This document shows, one piece after another, positions 44,248 through 56,038 of a stretch of 64,000 nucleotides of DNA. The translations under genes and the position numbers were made by a program. The notes beneath the pieces are model-generated. The model was given only the letters and a program-made list of their open reading frames with translations. It was not told where the DNA came from and did no database searches. The stretch comes from Porticoccaceae bacterium (lineage in GTDB: Bacteria; Pseudomonadota; Gammaproteobacteria; Pseudomonadales; Porticoccaceae). Position 1 is the stretch's first letter; every line of letters begins with the position of its first letter. The stretch lies in the NCBI GenBank assembly GCA_018654575.1, contig JABILI010000088.1:440-64439 (forward strand). Direction: 5' to 3'.

Positions 44248-45842
44248 GAATCACCCCCTAGTTTACGCAGAGACGATCGTTGATGTAGAGCTAAACGCGC
44301 TTCGGTTTGATCGCTAAATGCAAGTCGATCTACACCTAAAATCTGATAATTCTCATGGCCTTTACCGGCAATCAAAACCACATCGCCAGGCTTTGCATTC
44401 AGCACAGTCTGATTAATGGCCGCTCGCCGGTCTGATTCGATAGAGCATTGGCCTTTAACATCCCGGATGATTTGGTCAATAATTTGGTTAGGCGATTCAG
44501 TACGAGGATTATCTGAAGTAACAATCACTCGGTCTGCATATTTGACCGCTATGGCACCCATCTCTGGACGTTTGCCAGTATCACGGTCGCCACCACAACC
44601 AAACACCACCCAAAGTTTCCCCTGACAATGCAACCGTAGAGCTTGTAAAGCCTTTTCGAGGGCATCAGGGGTATGGGCGTAATCTACAATGACAGGTAAA
44701 TCTGCACTATCACTTACTAATTCCATGCGGCCTATCACCACTTTCAACTGAGGGACCAAGGTTAATATTTTCTGGAAATTTTGATACCCCAATTCACCCT
44801 CATGAAGAGCTATCGCACCAATTACAGCAAGTAAATTAGAAAGATTAAATTTGCCCAGCAAGGGCGACTTTACTTCCCCCGAACCCCACGGTGACTGGAT
44901 GACAGCATGCAGCCCATCGGGACGAAGATGTATAGATTGGCAGTAGATATCGGCTGTGATATTTTCCAAACTGAAAGTGATGCCACGTATGCTAGGATCA
45001 AGGTCTGCAAGGATCGCCTTTCCAGTATTGTCGTCAATATTAATGACCGCATTTTTTAGCCCAGGCAACTTGAAAAGCGACGCTTTTACCGCCGCATAAG
45101 AATCAAAATCACCATGATAATCAAGATGGTCTCGGCTGAGGTTAGTGAAAATGGCAGTGTCAATTTTTACGTCTGCAATACGATGTTGCACTAAACTATG
45201 TGATGAGACTTCGATGGCGACATCGCTACATCCATCTTTCTCGAGCTCATCAAGAAGTTTTTGCATTGTGATCGCATCTGGCGTGGTCAATGGAGCCGTG
45301 TTAATGACGCTAATTTTTTCTGAGCCCGAATCTACATTGCCACTAACACCGTATCCTAAAGTGCCAATATAGCCGCAAGCATTGGGCGCAGAGGAGTCTG
45401 GGGAGTTAGAATTTAATTGCGTTAAAAGATCAGCATATAACTGGCAACAGGTTGTTTTACCATTGGTACCCGTTACTCCTACAATACCTAATCGTCGAGA
45501 GGGATCTCCATAGAAACGGCTAGCGATCGTAGACACATGTTGTGATAAATTCTCAACACCTATAATAGGAATCGTGGATTTAATATTATTAATTTTAGTG
45601 TCCAGATCGCACTTGTCTGTCTCTAGAAGTACCGCGGCTGCACCGAGCTTTGTTGCTTCAGGCACGAACGTCGCTCCGTCTAGCTCAGATCCTTTTAGGG
45701 CAATAAATAAGTCGCCGGGTATTAGCGCCCTACTATCTAGGGTGATACCTTTTATAGCTGTTGACGTACATTTTTTAGAGAGACTTAGCCCTTCAACTAA
45801 CTGAGGTAACTTTGGACCCGAATGACTAAACAAGTTAATCAT
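44244..45842 (-). CDS. murE: UDP-MurNAc-dipeptide--meso-DAP ligase
   Basis: TGTNGKTT, TTPD, TNLSRDHLDYH, DYAHTPD and DNPR (meso-DAP specificity motif). Confidence 0.97.
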   Translation of the reverse strand: MINLFSHSGPKLPQLVEGLSLSKKCTSTAIKGITLDSRALIPGDLFIALKGSELDGATFVPEATKLGAAAVLLETDKCDLDTKINNIKSTIPIIGVENLSQHVSTIASRFYGDPSRRLGIVGVTGTNGKTTCCQLYADLLTQLNSNSPDSSAPNACGYIGTLGYGVSGNVDSGSEKISVINTAPLTTPDAITMQKLLDELEKDGCSDVAIEVSSHSLVQHRIADVKIDTAIFTNLSRDHLDYHGDFDSYAAVKASLFKLPGLKNAVINIDDNTGKAILADLDPSIRGITFSLENITADIYCQSIHLRPDGLHAVIQSPWGSGEVKSPLLGKFNLSNLLAVIGAIALHEGELGYQNFQKILTLVPQLKVVIGRMELVSDSADLPVIVDYAHTPDALEKALQALRLHCQGKLWVVFGCGGDRDTGKRPEMGAIAVKYADRVIVTSDNPRTESPNQIIDQIIRDVKGQCSIESDRRAAINQTVLNAKPGDVVLIAGKGHENYQILGVDRLAFSDQTEARLALHQRSSLRKLGGDS

Positions 45843-47581
45843 GAGTCTCCTCGCTTACCAGTTACCACTGGAATTACCGCTACCGAATGATTCACAGCCA
45901 TTTGGTCAGGCGTGACCTGTAACAATCGCAAGGCATTGCCCGTCACCTCAGAAAATACAGGCGCAGCGACGAGACCACCAAAGTAGTCCCCATCACGAGG
46001 TTCATCAATGACAACAACCGTTACTAATCGTGGGTTTTCAATAGGCGATAAGCCTGCAAAGGCTGACATGTAGCGACTTGTATCGTAACCGCCCCCTGGA
46101 TTAACCTTGTGCATGGTGCCCGTTTTCCCACCGACGGAGTAGCCATCGATCATGGCCCTCTTACCCGTTCCTTTTACGCCACTTGCAGCTCTCAGCATAT
46201 GACGCACTTGCTGTGATATGCCCGAACCAATAACGCGGATGCTTTCAGGTTCAGAGTCTAAAGCCACCAAAGATATCTCTCGACGAACGCCATCATTTGC
46301 CAACACTGCGTAAGCTCGTGCTAACTGCAACGAAGACACGCTCAACCCATAGCCAAAAGCAAAGGTAGCCTGAGTAACGGGGTCCCATTTTCGGTATGCC
46401 GGCAAACTGCCAAGGGTCTCTCCTGGAAATCCACTGCCGACCACCTCGCCAAAACCAACTCTCTGAAAAAGCTCTCGCGTTGAATCTGGGTCCAATGCCA
46501 ATGCCACTTTTGTAGTTCCAACCTGGCTCGACTTGGACAAAACATCTGCTAATTTCAACTCACCATAATTAGACGGATCTACAAACGTTTTGTAATCGAC
46601 CTTTAAATACCCAGGACTAGTACTAATAACACTGTCAGAGGAAAACTTACCGCTTTCTAACGCCGCCAAAATAGTGAAAGGCTTGACGGTGGAACCCGGC
46701 TCCATAATATCCGTTATAGCGCGATTACGGGTCGCGCCCAGCGTTACATAGGATCGGTCATTGGGATTGAAAGACGGCTGATTGGCCATTGCTAAGACCT
46801 CACCAGTAGTAACATCAAGAACTACAACCGAGCCTGACTTAGCATGGTGCTTTTTCACTACCGCTTTGAGTGCGCGGTAAGCTGCATACTGAACTCTTAG
46901 GTCGATACTGAGCCGCAAGTTCTCTCCTGATCGAGCAGACTTGATCAACGAGATATCATTGATGACTCGACCGGCACGATCTTTGACCACCTTTTTGGCT
47001 CCGGGCTCACCCGTCAGCCAGGAATCATAGGCAAGCTCCATACCTTCTTGTCCGCTATCATTAATGTCGGTGAAACCAACTAACTGAGCCGTAACCTCTC
47101 CTGCTGGATAGAATCGCTTGTATTCCCTACGTCCTGAAATACCCGCAATACCCAGATCTAAAATTCTCTCGGCCTGCTCGGTGGGTAGTTGACGCGCTAA
47201 ATACATAAATGACTTATTGCGGTAACGCTTCAATCGAGCCCGGAGTTGCGCAGCTGGTGTGTTCATCGCTACCGAGAGCCTATCAATGTCCTGCTCACGG
47301 ATCTGCTGGGGATTTACGGATATGGCGGTGACTGGCGTGCTAATAGCAAGAGGCTCGCCATTCCTATCAGTAATAAGACCACGATATGCTGGGACGACGA
47401 CCTTGCGGATTGAACGATTGTCACCTTGGGTTTGTAAGAAATCGACGCCACGCGCTTCATTTGGATTAATCTGTAACTGCGCAACCTTAGCCAAAAGTAT
47501 CAGGGGCAGAGAGACCAGAGAAAGCATTACTAAGTAGTAACGCCACCGCGGTATAACTGCATTCACCGATTTTTTGGCCAC
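45839..47581 (-). CDS. ftsI: Penicillin-binding protein 3 (FtsI)
   Basis: EPGSTVK (SxxK), KSSQVG (SxN-like) and GKTGT. Confidence 0.96.
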   Translation of the reverse strand: MAKKSVNAVIPRWRYYLVMLSLVSLPLILLAKVAQLQINPNEARGVDFLQTQGDNRSIRKVVVPAYRGLITDRNGEPLAISTPVTAISVNPQQIREQDIDRLSVAMNTPAAQLRARLKRYRNKSFMYLARQLPTEQAERILDLGIAGISGRREYKRFYPAGEVTAQLVGFTDINDSGQEGMELAYDSWLTGEPGAKKVVKDRAGRVINDISLIKSARSGENLRLSIDLRVQYAAYRALKAVVKKHHAKSGSVVVLDVTTGEVLAMANQPSFNPNDRSYVTLGATRNRAITDIMEPGSTVKPFTILAALESGKFSSDSVISTSPGYLKVDYKTFVDPSNYGELKLADVLSKSSQVGTTKVALALDPDSTRELFQRVGFGEVVGSGFPGETLGSLPAYRKWDPVTQATFAFGYGLSVSSLQLARAYAVLANDGVRREISLVALDSEPESIRVIGSGISQQVRHMLRAASGVKGTGKRAMIDGYSVGGKTGTMHKVNPGGGYDTSRYMSAFAGLSPIENPRLVTVVVIDEPRDGDYFGGLVAAPVFSEVTGNALRLLQVTPDQMAVNHSVAVIPVVTGKRGDS

Positions 47582-47636
47582 TTTTTACTTTACCTTTCTA
47601 TTAAACAGCTACTTAATATTGACCTAAACTCATCTA

Positions 47637-47933
47637 TTAAGGTGTACGTACGATCACAATCTCTTCGGGTTTAGGGCTACGCATGTTAAGTTCAGCAACA
47701 GCGGATACTTCAATACGCTGCAGAGAGCCCCAAGCACTTTGCTCGAGTAAATACTTGCCATAATCCACTTGCATCTGATTCGCATCTCTCTCCATTACCA
47801 TAAGCTGTCCATACTTCTCACGGCACAGGTGGCTTACATAGGCTACAGATAATCCACTTATAACAACCATCACCCAAAGGGCTGCTATCTTTAGTGAGTG
47901 CGGGAATGACGACATCTCCGCAGCAGCAGTCAT
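47637..47933 (-). CDS. ftsL: Cell division protein FtsL
   Basis: Single TM, leucine-zipper region, LLEQSAWGSLQRIE and position between rsmH and ftsI. Confidence 0.92.
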   Translation of the reverse strand: MTAAAEMSSFPHSLKIAALWVMVVISGLSVAYVSHLCREKYGQLMVMERDANQMQVDYGKYLLEQSAWGSLQRIEVSAVAELNMRSPKPEEIVIVRTP

Positions 47934-47934
47934 A

Positions 47935-48873
47935 TCAGGCTACTCGCTCAGCAATCCGCATTACCGCGCTGCGCGACCTAATATTTTCATCAACCTCAGA
48001 GTGCTGAGGCTTAATGGCCTTACCCACTTTTTTTAGTCTCACACCACGCTCAACATCTCTCACCGGTAGATTTTTAGGTAATTTGATCCCACGCTCTTGA
48101 TCGCGGATAAATCGCTTAACACGCCGATCTTCTAAAGAGTGGAAACTAATGACAACCAATCGACCACCCACCTTTAATGCATCAATGATTTGATTGAGCA
48201 ACGACTCTAAATCTTCCAGCTCTCTATTAATAAAAATTCTAATGGCCTGGAATGCTTTGGTCGCTGGATGCCTGCCTCTCTCCCACGCCGGGTGAGCTGC
48301 AGCCAATATTCCAGCCAGCTGGACAGTGCGAGTGATTGGCGTCTTCTCACGCTCGCGAACCACTGCACTTGCCATCCGGCGAGCAAATCTCTCCTCGCCA
48401 TATTCTTTAATCACCTGCGCAATATCTTTCTCGTCCGCAGTGGCAATCCAATCAGCCGCCGACAAACCCCGACTAGTATCCATTCGCATATCCAAAGGGC
48501 CATCACGCATAAAACTAAACCCTCGCGCTGCCTCATCTAGTTGAGGGGATGAGACGCCAAGATCAAGAAGCACGCCCGATAATTCGCCAACCTTACCTTC
48601 AGCCCTTAGGACAGTTGTTAAATCGGCGAAACTGCCATGAACAAACTTTAACCGCTCGTCTTTCTGAAACAGCACCTGCCCCTCAGCAATTGCCTGAGGA
48701 TCTTTGTCAATCGCCCAGACCACCGCCTTTTCGGATAAACAGGAAAGTAATTCTGCGGTATGGCCGCCGCGCCCAAATGTGCCGTCAATATAAAAACCAT
48801 CACCATCGACTACCAATGCCTCAACAGCTTCTTTTAGTAGAACAGTCCTGTGCTCAGCCACCATGGATGACAT
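47935..48873 (-). CDS. rsmH: 16S rRNA m4C1402 methyltransferase RsmH (MraW)
   Basis: HRTVLL, DGTFGRGGH, DLGVSSPQLD, ISFHSLEDR and RSRSAVMR. Confidence 0.98.
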   Translation of the reverse strand: MSSMVAEHRTVLLKEAVEALVVDGDGFYIDGTFGRGGHTAELLSCLSEKAVVWAIDKDPQAIAEGQVLFQKDERLKFVHGSFADLTTVLRAEGKVGELSGVLLDLGVSSPQLDEAARGFSFMRDGPLDMRMDTSRGLSAADWIATADEKDIAQVIKEYGEERFARRMASAVVREREKTPITRTVQLAGILAAAHPAWERGRHPATKAFQAIRIFINRELEDLESLLNQIIDALKVGGRLVVISFHSLEDRRVKRFIRDQERGIKLPKNLPVRDVERGVRLKKVGKAIKPQHSEVDENIRSRSAVMRIAERVA

Positions 48874-48876
48874 TCC

Positions 48877-49344
48877 TTACCAAGATAGATTTCTAAGGGC
48901 ATCAGACATATTGTCTCTATCAAGCAACATACCTCGATAGTTTTCCTGAGACTTCTCTCGCTCAGTATTCCAATTGTCTTCAGACCATATTTCTAGTCGC
49001 TGCGTACGACCCACTAGAATTATTTTTTTCTCAAGTTCGGCATATTCACGCAACTCTGATGGAATCAAAATTCGTCCACTTCCATCCAGCTGTAGATCTT
49101 TGGCCTGACCAACAACAAAACGACTCAGCATCTCACCAAGATCATCCAGCGCAGGCAAGGCCGCCACTTTCTCTTCGAATTTTTTCCACTCAGGTAAGGG
49201 TGATAGCGTTAAGCAGGTAGACTTCATGTCTATGGTGATAACGAGGTCCCCAGAACACATATCTGCGAGCACGGCACGGTAGCGAGTCGGAATTGCCATC
49301 CGACCCTTTGTGTCCATATTGATTGGATCACTACCTCTAAACAC
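48877..49344 (-). CDS. mraZ: Division/cell-wall cluster transcriptional repressor MraZ
   Basis: MFRG...MDTKGRMAIP and DGSGRILIP (two DxxxR repeats). GTG start. Confidence 0.97.
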   Translation of the reverse strand: MFRGSDPINMDTKGRMAIPTRYRAVLADMCSGDLVITIDMKSTCLTLSPLPEWKKFEEKVAALPALDDLGEMLSRFVVGQAKDLQLDGSGRILIPSELREYAELEKKIILVGRTQRLEIWSEDNWNTEREKSQENYRGMLLDRDNMSDALRNLSW

Positions 49345-49360
49345 TTTTACCCGTCCCTCG

Positions 49361-49406
49361 CCACTAAATGACTTATATTACCCACTTTTCACCACTTTTA
49401 GCCATA
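49361..49406 (-). promoter_or_regulatory. MraZ-binding direct repeats
   Basis: Plus-strand CCACT at 49361, 49382 and 49392 and CCATA at 49402 (AGTGG on the minus strand). The last three are 10 bp apart, directly upstream of mraZ. Confidence 0.8.
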
Positions 49407-49411
49407 TATGG

Positions 49412-49440
49412 ACATTATGCATAGCGAGCGGTGATGTCAA
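49412..49440 (-). promoter_or_regulatory. Sigma70 promoter of the dcw operon
   Basis: Minus strand TTGACA-N17-TAATGT, just upstream of the MraZ boxes. Confidence 0.7.
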
Positions 49441-49685
49441 GGAGTGTTTAAGGGTAAAAACTTAGTAAAATCAGTAGGTTCCGCTTATATTAGACAATTT
49501 TAATATAGTCTAGACTGAGATCAAAATAATTAGCGCTATAAAACAGGATGGTAAGGCTACAACTTAAAGTAACTTCTAGATATGCTGCTTTTAAGAACAA
49601 ATTGTACTTATAGATTTAATTTTTTATATCAAAAAAGAATAAAACTAAGCGCAAGGCAAGAAGAATTTATATTTACAGTAATAAC

Positions 49686-49717
49686 AAAAAGGCCGGCAAA
49701 AAATTGCCGGCCTTTTT
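49686..49717 (-). terminator. Rho-independent terminator of rnpB (bidirectional form)
   Basis: AAAAAGGCCGGCAA-AAAA-TTGCCGGCCTTTTT, a perfect inverted repeat. Confidence 0.92.
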
Positions 49718-49736
49718 ACTTCTAAGCATATTAAAT

Positions 49737-50118
<382 letters not shown>

Positions 50119-50125
50119 AGGACGG

Positions 50126-50134
50126 AGAATAGCA
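50126..50134 (-). promoter_or_regulatory. Extended -10 promoter of rnpB
   Basis: TGcTATTCT followed by a GC-rich discriminator, about 7 nt before the RNA 5' end. Confidence 0.6.
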
Positions 50135-50206
50135 CAACCTCAGCCTTTCCAAGTGATTTAAATGACAATTGAAACACTGAGATCAAGCGGCTTCTTTAGT
50201 TTGGGG

Positions 50207-50467
50207 CTACTTCAGCAAGGGATGGTCTGAAGGCAGTTGGCGAGATATCCACAAGGCTAATTTATGACGCATATTAGGATCGTTAATCTGATCTTTAGCA
50301 AGCGGCTGGATTAACTTATCCTCAGTAAGAACGCGATAAACAAACTCCACCTTTAGCTTGATAGAGTCTTGACTCTCAATCTCACCATAAGCTCTTTTTC
50401 TGGCATAAACAGCCCCTATTTGAAGGGCCTTTTTAACCAATTCAGTCTCATTTTGAAGCTTGCTCAT
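50207..50467 (-). CDS. Small conserved hypothetical protein, probably DUF5062 family
   Basis: 86 aa. MSKLQNETELVKKALQIG..Y.RKR and MRHKLALWI resemble DUF5062 from memory; not searched. Confidence 0.7.
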   Translation of the reverse strand: MSKLQNETELVKKALQIGAVYARKRAYGEIESQDSIKLKVEFVYRVLTEDKLIQPLAKDQINDPNMRHKLALWISRQLPSDHPLLK

Positions 50468-50520
50468 ATCCTAATATTCCTATATTAGCACCTGGTTATC
50501 AACTATCTTACACTACAATT

Positions 50521-53500
50521 TTAATCGACAAATAAGCGTGCATTCCTAAAGAGGCGCATCCAGCCACTATCTTCGCCCCACTCTGGCGGATGCCATGAAT
50601 TAAGGACCGTCCTGAACACTCTTTCGGGATGAGGCATTAGAAGAGTCACGCGACCATCCACTGAAGTAACCCCTGTAATACCATCGGGTGATCCATTAGG
50701 ATTTGCCGGATATCGAGTAGCTACCTCTAAATTATTTTCCAGAAAACGCATAGCGATTTGATCGCTACCTTGTAATTCTATACAGGCATTGCTCGACGCA
50801 AATTCAGCGCGCCCTTCTCCATGGGACACGGCAATTGGCAACACTGATCCGGCCATGTCACGCAGCAATATCGAAGGTGATTTCTCGACTCGCACTAGGG
50901 ATAAGCGTGCTTCGAATTGCTCTGATTCGTTGCGTACAAATCGAGGCCAACGTTCTGCTCCCGGAACCAAAGACTTCAAATTACTTAGCATTTGACAACC
51001 ATTACAGACACCCAGGCTAAAGGTATTAGGTCGATGGAAAAACCCCTCAAATTGATCACGCAGTTGGCTATTAAACAATACCGTTTTAGCCCAACCTTCT
51101 CCCGCTCCGAGCACATCACCATAAGAGAATCCTCCGCAGGCAACTAAACCGGAGAACTCATCAAGCGACTTGCGCCCCGCCAATAAATCACTCATATGGA
51201 TATCTACCGCCGTAAAACCAGCACGATCAAACGCGGCTGCCATTTCCATTTGACTATTAACTCCCTGCTCTCGCACGATAGCTATGGGTGGCTTTACCCC
51301 TTTAAGGATATAAGGTGCTGAGACATCGTCATTCGGGTCAAAGCTAAGATCGACTGAAAGGCCGGGATCAGGAGCAGCAACTCTTGCGAACTCTTGATCA
51401 GCGCACTCTGCGTTGTCGCGCAAAACCGCAACCTTATGCGACGTCTCACTCCAGGCAGCCTGCAACACAGCGCGCTGGTCACTGAACAGAGTTTCGCCGT
51501 TATGATTAAATCCGATAGTGTCTGTGCTATTCAAACAACCCAGTTTACGCACAGTCACCCCGGCACAAGAAAACCGCTCAACAACCTCATCGCTTACATT
51601 AGATTTAACTTGAATGACTGCACCTAATTCTTCACTGAACAAAGCCGCGTTAAGGTTAGCATTTAGACTAAGCATGTCATCACTAATATCGACCGTGATT
51701 CCTACATGACCTGCAAAGCTCATTTCAACCAACGTTGCCACCAGACCGCCATCAGATCGGTCGTGATAGGCGAGTATGTCGCCCTGTTCTATAGAATCCT
51801 GCATGACATTGAAAAAGCCTAACAACGCATCAGGATCATCAACATCAGGTACCGAGCTACCAAATTCAGAGTACACCTGCGCTAGTATCGAACCACCTAA
51901 GCGGTTAATCCCCCGACCCAGATCAAGCAACAACAACTGCGTATCACCGCAGTCAGTGATCAATTGAGGCGTTAGTGTTTTTCGCACATCTAATACCGGA
52001 GAAAATCCAGTGATGATTAATGACATTGGAGAGGTAACTGATTTATCTTCACCATCATCTTGCCATGCCGTGCGCATAGACATCGAGTCTTTACCCACTG
52101 GAATTGTGATACCTAATTTGGGACAGAGATCCATCCCAACCGCTTCAACGGTTCGGAATAATTTCTCATCTTCTCCAGGAGACCCTGCAGCGCACATCCA
52201 ATTTGCAGACAGCTTTATATCTTTTATATCGCCAATACGGGCAGCGCATATGTTTGTCAAAGCCTCTCCAATTGCCATACGCCCAGATGCAGGGCCACTG
52301 ACTAAAGCTAGCGGCGTCCGCTCGCCCATTGCCATGGCTTCTCCCGCATTACTATCATAGGTTAAAGTGGTTACGGCGCAGTCAGCAACAGGCACTTGCC
52401 AAGGACCCACCATTTGATCTCTTGCCACCATGCCACTGACCGTTCTATCACCAATGGTAATTAAAAAGTTTTTACTCGCAACCGTTGGGTGGCGTAAGAC
52501 GCGGAATACCGCCTCACCAATATCAACTCCATCTGCGGTAAAGTCGATACCTAATTGATCCAGCTTTACGGCATTACGATGCATTTTAGGGGTCTTCCCA
52601 AACAGCACAGACATCGGTAGATCAACAGGCTTATCACCAAAGTGCTCGTCAATCACCGTGATATTTTTATCTTCTGTGGCCTCACCGACCACCGCAAACG
52701 GACACCTCTCACGCTCACAAATGGCGATGAACCGAGTCAAATCATCTGGCATTACTGCCAAGACATAACGCTCCTGAGCTTCGTTACACCATATTTCAAC
52801 CGGCGACATGCCCGGCTCATCATTGGGCACGGTTCTTAGGTTAAAGCGGCCGCCAGTGCCGCCATCTTTTACTAATTCGGGCAGCGCATTGGATAAACCA
52901 CCAGCGCCCACATCGTGAATAAAGGCTATGGGATTGATGTCTCCCAACTGCCAACAGGAGTCAATGACTTCTTGGCAGCGTCGTTCAATTTCTGGGTTTT
53001 GACGCTGTACTGAAGCAAAGTCTAAATCGGCAGAACTACTCCCTGTGGTCATGGAAGACGCCGCGCCGCCGCCCAGACCGATCAGCATAGCTGGGCCGCC
53101 CAATACGACTAATTGCGCGCCAGGCTTAAATTCTGGCTTATCAACATGGTCCTCTCGAATATTGCCATAACCGCCTGCAATCATTATTGGCTTGTGGTAT
53201 CCACGACGCTTACCTGCAAAGTCTATTTCAAACGTTCTAAAATAACCGCATATATTCGGACGTCCGAATTCATTATTAAACGCCGCTCCGCCAATAGGAC
53301 CTTCCGTCATAATATCTAAGGCAGACACAATTCTATTCGGCTTTCCGTAGTCAGTCTCCCACGGCTGAATGTAGTCTGGAATTTGAAGGTTGGACACACT
53401 AAAACCAACTAACCCAACCTTTGGCTTAGAACCCCGACCAACTGCACCTTCATCTCGAATTTCGCCACCTGAACCTGTTCCGGCACCAGAATAAGGGGAT

Positions 53501-54405
53501 ATTGCCGTAGGGTGATTGTGCGTTTCGACTTTCATCAATAAGTGGACAGGCTCTTGGCTGTAACCATACTGCTTAGTCACGGGATCAGGATAGAAACGCC
53601 CGCCCTGGCTGCTAGCAACCACAGCCGCATTATCAGAATAGGCCGATAAAACGTTATCGCCATTAACAGCATTGGTATTGCGAATCATACCGAACAACGA
53701 ATGCTGCTGATCCACGCCGTCAATTGTCCAACTCGCATTAAAAATCTTGTGCCGGCAATGCTCAGAATTCGCCTGAGCAAACATCATTAATTCGGCATCA
53801 GAAGGATTGCGACCCAAATCCTGAAAACTGGCCACCAAGTAATCTACTTCATCATCAGCCAACGCCAAGCCTAAGCTAACATTAGCCAACCGTAGTGTTT
53901 CGGCACCCCCATCTAACACGTCAACCACGCTAACCGGAGCCGGCTGTTCATGGGAAAACAAAGACTCAGCTTGAGCAAAATCAGTCAGGACAGCTTCCAC
54001 CATGCGATCGCTGAGCAATTCACCCAATATCATTAACTGACTATCTGAGAAAGACGTATCCGTTTGGAGGTAATAGGCAACTCCACGCTCAACCCTCAGA
54101 ACATTTTTTAAACCGCAGTTATGAACAATATCGGTCGCTTTACTAGACCACGGCGATATCGTGCCTGGGCGTGGAACCACCAACAACAGCACCCCACCTT
54201 TATCAACCTCCTGCTCTTTAGGCCCATACTGAAGAAGGGCTTCAAGGGTATTAAAGTCATCTGAGGTCAACGGCTCATTAAGGTCAGCAATGTGGATGTA
54301 TCCAGCGCTTACCGAAGTCACTAAGGGCACTGCAGCTTGCAGTTTAGACAGTAATTTTTGTCGCCGAAACGCAGAGAGAGAAGATGCGCCAGAGAGAATC
54401 ATCAT
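50521..54405 (-). CDS. purL: Phosphoribosylformylglycinamidine synthase (large, fused)
   Basis: [37 protein letters not shown] and MPHPER. Start probably at the MMILSG methionines. Confidence 0.98.
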   Translation of the reverse strand: MMILSGASSLSAFRRQKLLSKLQAAVPLVTSVSAGYIHIADLNEPLTSDDFNTLEALLQYGPKEQEVDKGGVLLLVVPRPGTISPWSSKATDIVHNCGLKNVLRVERGVAYYLQTDTSFSDSQLMILGELLSDRMVEAVLTDFAQAESLFSHEQPAPVSVVDVLDGGAETLRLANVSLGLALADDEVDYLVASFQDLGRNPSDAELMMFAQANSEHCRHKIFNASWTIDGVDQQHSLFGMIRNTNAVNGDNVLSAYSDNAAVVASSQGGRFYPDPVTKQYGYSQEPVHLLMKVETHNHPTAISPYSGAGTGSGGEIRDEGAVGRGSKPKVGLVGFSVSNLQIPDYIQPWETDYGKPNRIVSALDIMTEGPIGGAAFNNEFGRPNICGYFRTFEIDFAGKRRGYHKPIMIAGGYGNIREDHVDKPEFKPGAQLVVLGGPAMLIGLGGGAASSMTTGSSSADLDFASVQRQNPEIERRCQEVIDSCWQLGDINPIAFIHDVGAGGLSNALPELVKDGGTGGRFNLRTVPNDEPGMSPVEIWCNEAQERYVLAVMPDDLTRFIAICERERCPFAVVGEATEDKNITVIDEHFGDKPVDLPMSVLFGKTPKMHRNAVKLDQLGIDFTADGVDIGEAVFRVLRHPTVASKNFLITIGDRTVSGMVARDQMVGPWQVPVADCAVTTLTYDSNAGEAMAMGERTPLALVSGPASGRMAIGEALTNICAARIGDIKDIKLSANWMCAAGSPGEDEKLFRTVEAVGMDLCPKLGITIPVGKDSMSMRTAWQDDGEDKSVTSPMSLIITGFSPVLDVRKTLTPQLITDCGDTQLLLLDLGRGINRLGGSILAQVYSEFGSSVPDVDDPDALLGFFNVMQDSIEQGDILAYHDRSDGGLVATLVEMSFAGHVGITVDISDDMLSLNANLNAALFSEELGAVIQVKSNVSDEVVERFSCAGVTVRKLGCLNSTDTIGFNHNGETLFSDQRAVLQAAWSETSHKVAVLRDNAECADQEFARVAAPDPGLSVDLSFDPNDDVSAPYILKGVKPPIAIVREQGVNSQMEMAAAFDRAGFTAVDIHMSDLLAGRKSLDEFSGLVACGGFSYGDVLGAGEGWAKTVLFNSQLRDQFEGFFHRPNTFSLGVCNGCQMLSNLKSLVPGAERWPRFVRNESEQFEARLSLVRVEKSPSILLRDMAGSVLPIAVSHGEGRAEFASSNACIELQGSDQIAMRFLENNLEVATRYPANPNGSPDGITGVTSVDGRVTLLMPHPERVFRTVLNSWHPPEWGEDSGWMRLFRNARLFVD

Positions 54406-54564
54406 TAATTTGGATCTCGAAATCATCACGGTTGGGAAGTTCGCATTCTAACGGAAAAATGAACCTTTTGGCAGATTGAATTTAGCAAGTAATGTACAAT
54501 TATTGCCTACCTTTTATTATTTCTATCGCAACATAAGGTAATTCTTGGGGGCACAGACAGAAAA

Positions 54565-56022
54565 GTGATGCGTCAACGATCAAAAAAAGTCAGGAGAATA
54601 CGTAACCGCTCAGTTCTGGTTGTACTTGCGCTAGCCATCATTTTTTATTTTTCCAGCAGCCAACAGATAACAGATCTAGAGAGAGTACAAAAGAAAGGTG
54701 AGCTGGTTATGCTTACTGTCCCCGGACCTACCACTTATTTTGAGGACGGAAGGGGTAGAAATGGCTTTGACTATTTAATCGCTAAAGCCTTTGCCGACAG
54801 CCTGGGCGTTAACTTGAGAATTCAATCAAAGCTGAGCCTGCGTAATTTGCTTGTCGCCGTGGGCGGACCTCAAGGTGACTTTGCGGCTGCAAATTTAGTC
54901 CCCACTGAAAAGCGCAGCCAATCCCTTATGTTCTCAGACCCCTATTTAGAGGTTACTCAGCAACTGCTTTATCGGCGGGGAACGCCAAAACCAAAATCAT
55001 TGTCAGATATAGACGGTGAACTAGTGGTTGTGACTAGCTCATCCCACAGCGAACAACTTAAAAGGTTAAGCATAGATATCCCACAACTCAGCTGGCAAGA
55101 GCAGGATGAGATTGAAATGAGTGATCTGATCCGAATGGTCCATACTGGAGAGATCAACTATACCGTCGTGGATTCAATCGCCTATTTGGTGAACCGCCAT
55201 ATTTACCCGAATGCTGGTCTTGCTCTAGATATTTCAAAACCACAGATGGTCGCTTGGGCATTTCCCTCACATGAGGATGGGACGCTGCTTAATGCGGCCA
55301 ATAAATTTCTGGCTGAGTATATATCGACTGGTAAAATGAAAACGTTGAAGGAGCAGCTCTTAGCTCAAAGTAATAATTTTTCTGTCGCCGACTCAAACCG
55401 TCTTGGAAAATTAGTCGCTAAGCGTCTGCCAGCCTATGAGCCTTTGTTTCGAGAAACTGCCGACAAGAATAATATTGACTGGCACTTGCTCGCAGCAGTG
55501 GCTTATCAGGAATCCCACTGGGACCCCAGAGCAAAATCACCCACCGGCGTTCGAGGCTTAATGATGCTCACATTGGATACCGCTAAGGAAATGGGCATTT
55601 CTAATCGACTTGACGGTGAGCAGAGTATTAAAGGTGGGGCTGCTTATCTCGCAAAATTACGAGCTCGACTGCCTGTTAGAATCACCGAGCCCGATCGTAC
55701 CTTACTTGCCTTAGCTGCGTATAATGTAGGTTTTGGGCATCTAGAAGATGCACGCATTTTGACTCAGCGTGGAGGTAAAAACCCCGATTTATGGAGTGAT
55801 GTCAGGCAATCTTTACCGTTACTCAGCAAAAAGAAATTCTATTCAACCCTAAAGCATGGTTATGCCAGGGGAGCTGAGCCTGTGCTCTACGTCGACAACA
55901 TTCAATACTATAGAAATTACCTAGCCCTTCATTCTCTGCATTTGAAAAACCTTCCGCCAGAAAAAACAAACAATGTATCAAACCAGCCTGAATGGGAGTC
56001 CAGCAGCGTTCCGTCGATTTAA
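54565..56022 (+). CDS. mltF: Membrane-bound lytic murein transglycosylase F
   Basis: SBP-like N-terminal domain plus SLT domain (AYQESHW, GLMML, AYNVG). Conserved purL-mltF-tadA order. Confidence 0.95.
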   Translation: MMRQRSKKVRRIRNRSVLVVLALAIIFYFSSSQQITDLERVQKKGELVMLTVPGPTTYFEDGRGRNGFDYLIAKAFADSLGVNLRIQSKLSLRNLLVAVGGPQGDFAAANLVPTEKRSQSLMFSDPYLEVTQQLLYRRGTPKPKSLSDIDGELVVVTSSSHSEQLKRLSIDIPQLSWQEQDEIEMSDLIRMVHTGEINYTVVDSIAYLVNRHIYPNAGLALDISKPQMVAWAFPSHEDGTLLNAANKFLAEYISTGKMKTLKEQLLAQSNNFSVADSNRLGKLVAKRLPAYEPLFRETADKNNIDWHLLAAVAYQESHWDPRAKSPTGVRGLMMLTLDTAKEMGISNRLDGEQSIKGGAAYLAKLRARLPVRITEPDRTLLALAAYNVGFGHLEDARILTQRGGKNPDLWSDVRQSLPLLSKKKFYSTLKHGYARGAEPVLYVDNIQYYRNYLALHSLHLKNLPPEKTNNVSNQPEWESSSVPSI

Positions 56023-56038
56023 TATTATGTTCATTAAA

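Noticed and set aside
45280-45430. Polar insertions in MurE around the ATP-binding region
   Set aside because: These are likely variable surface loops. All catalytic motifs including DNPR are intact.
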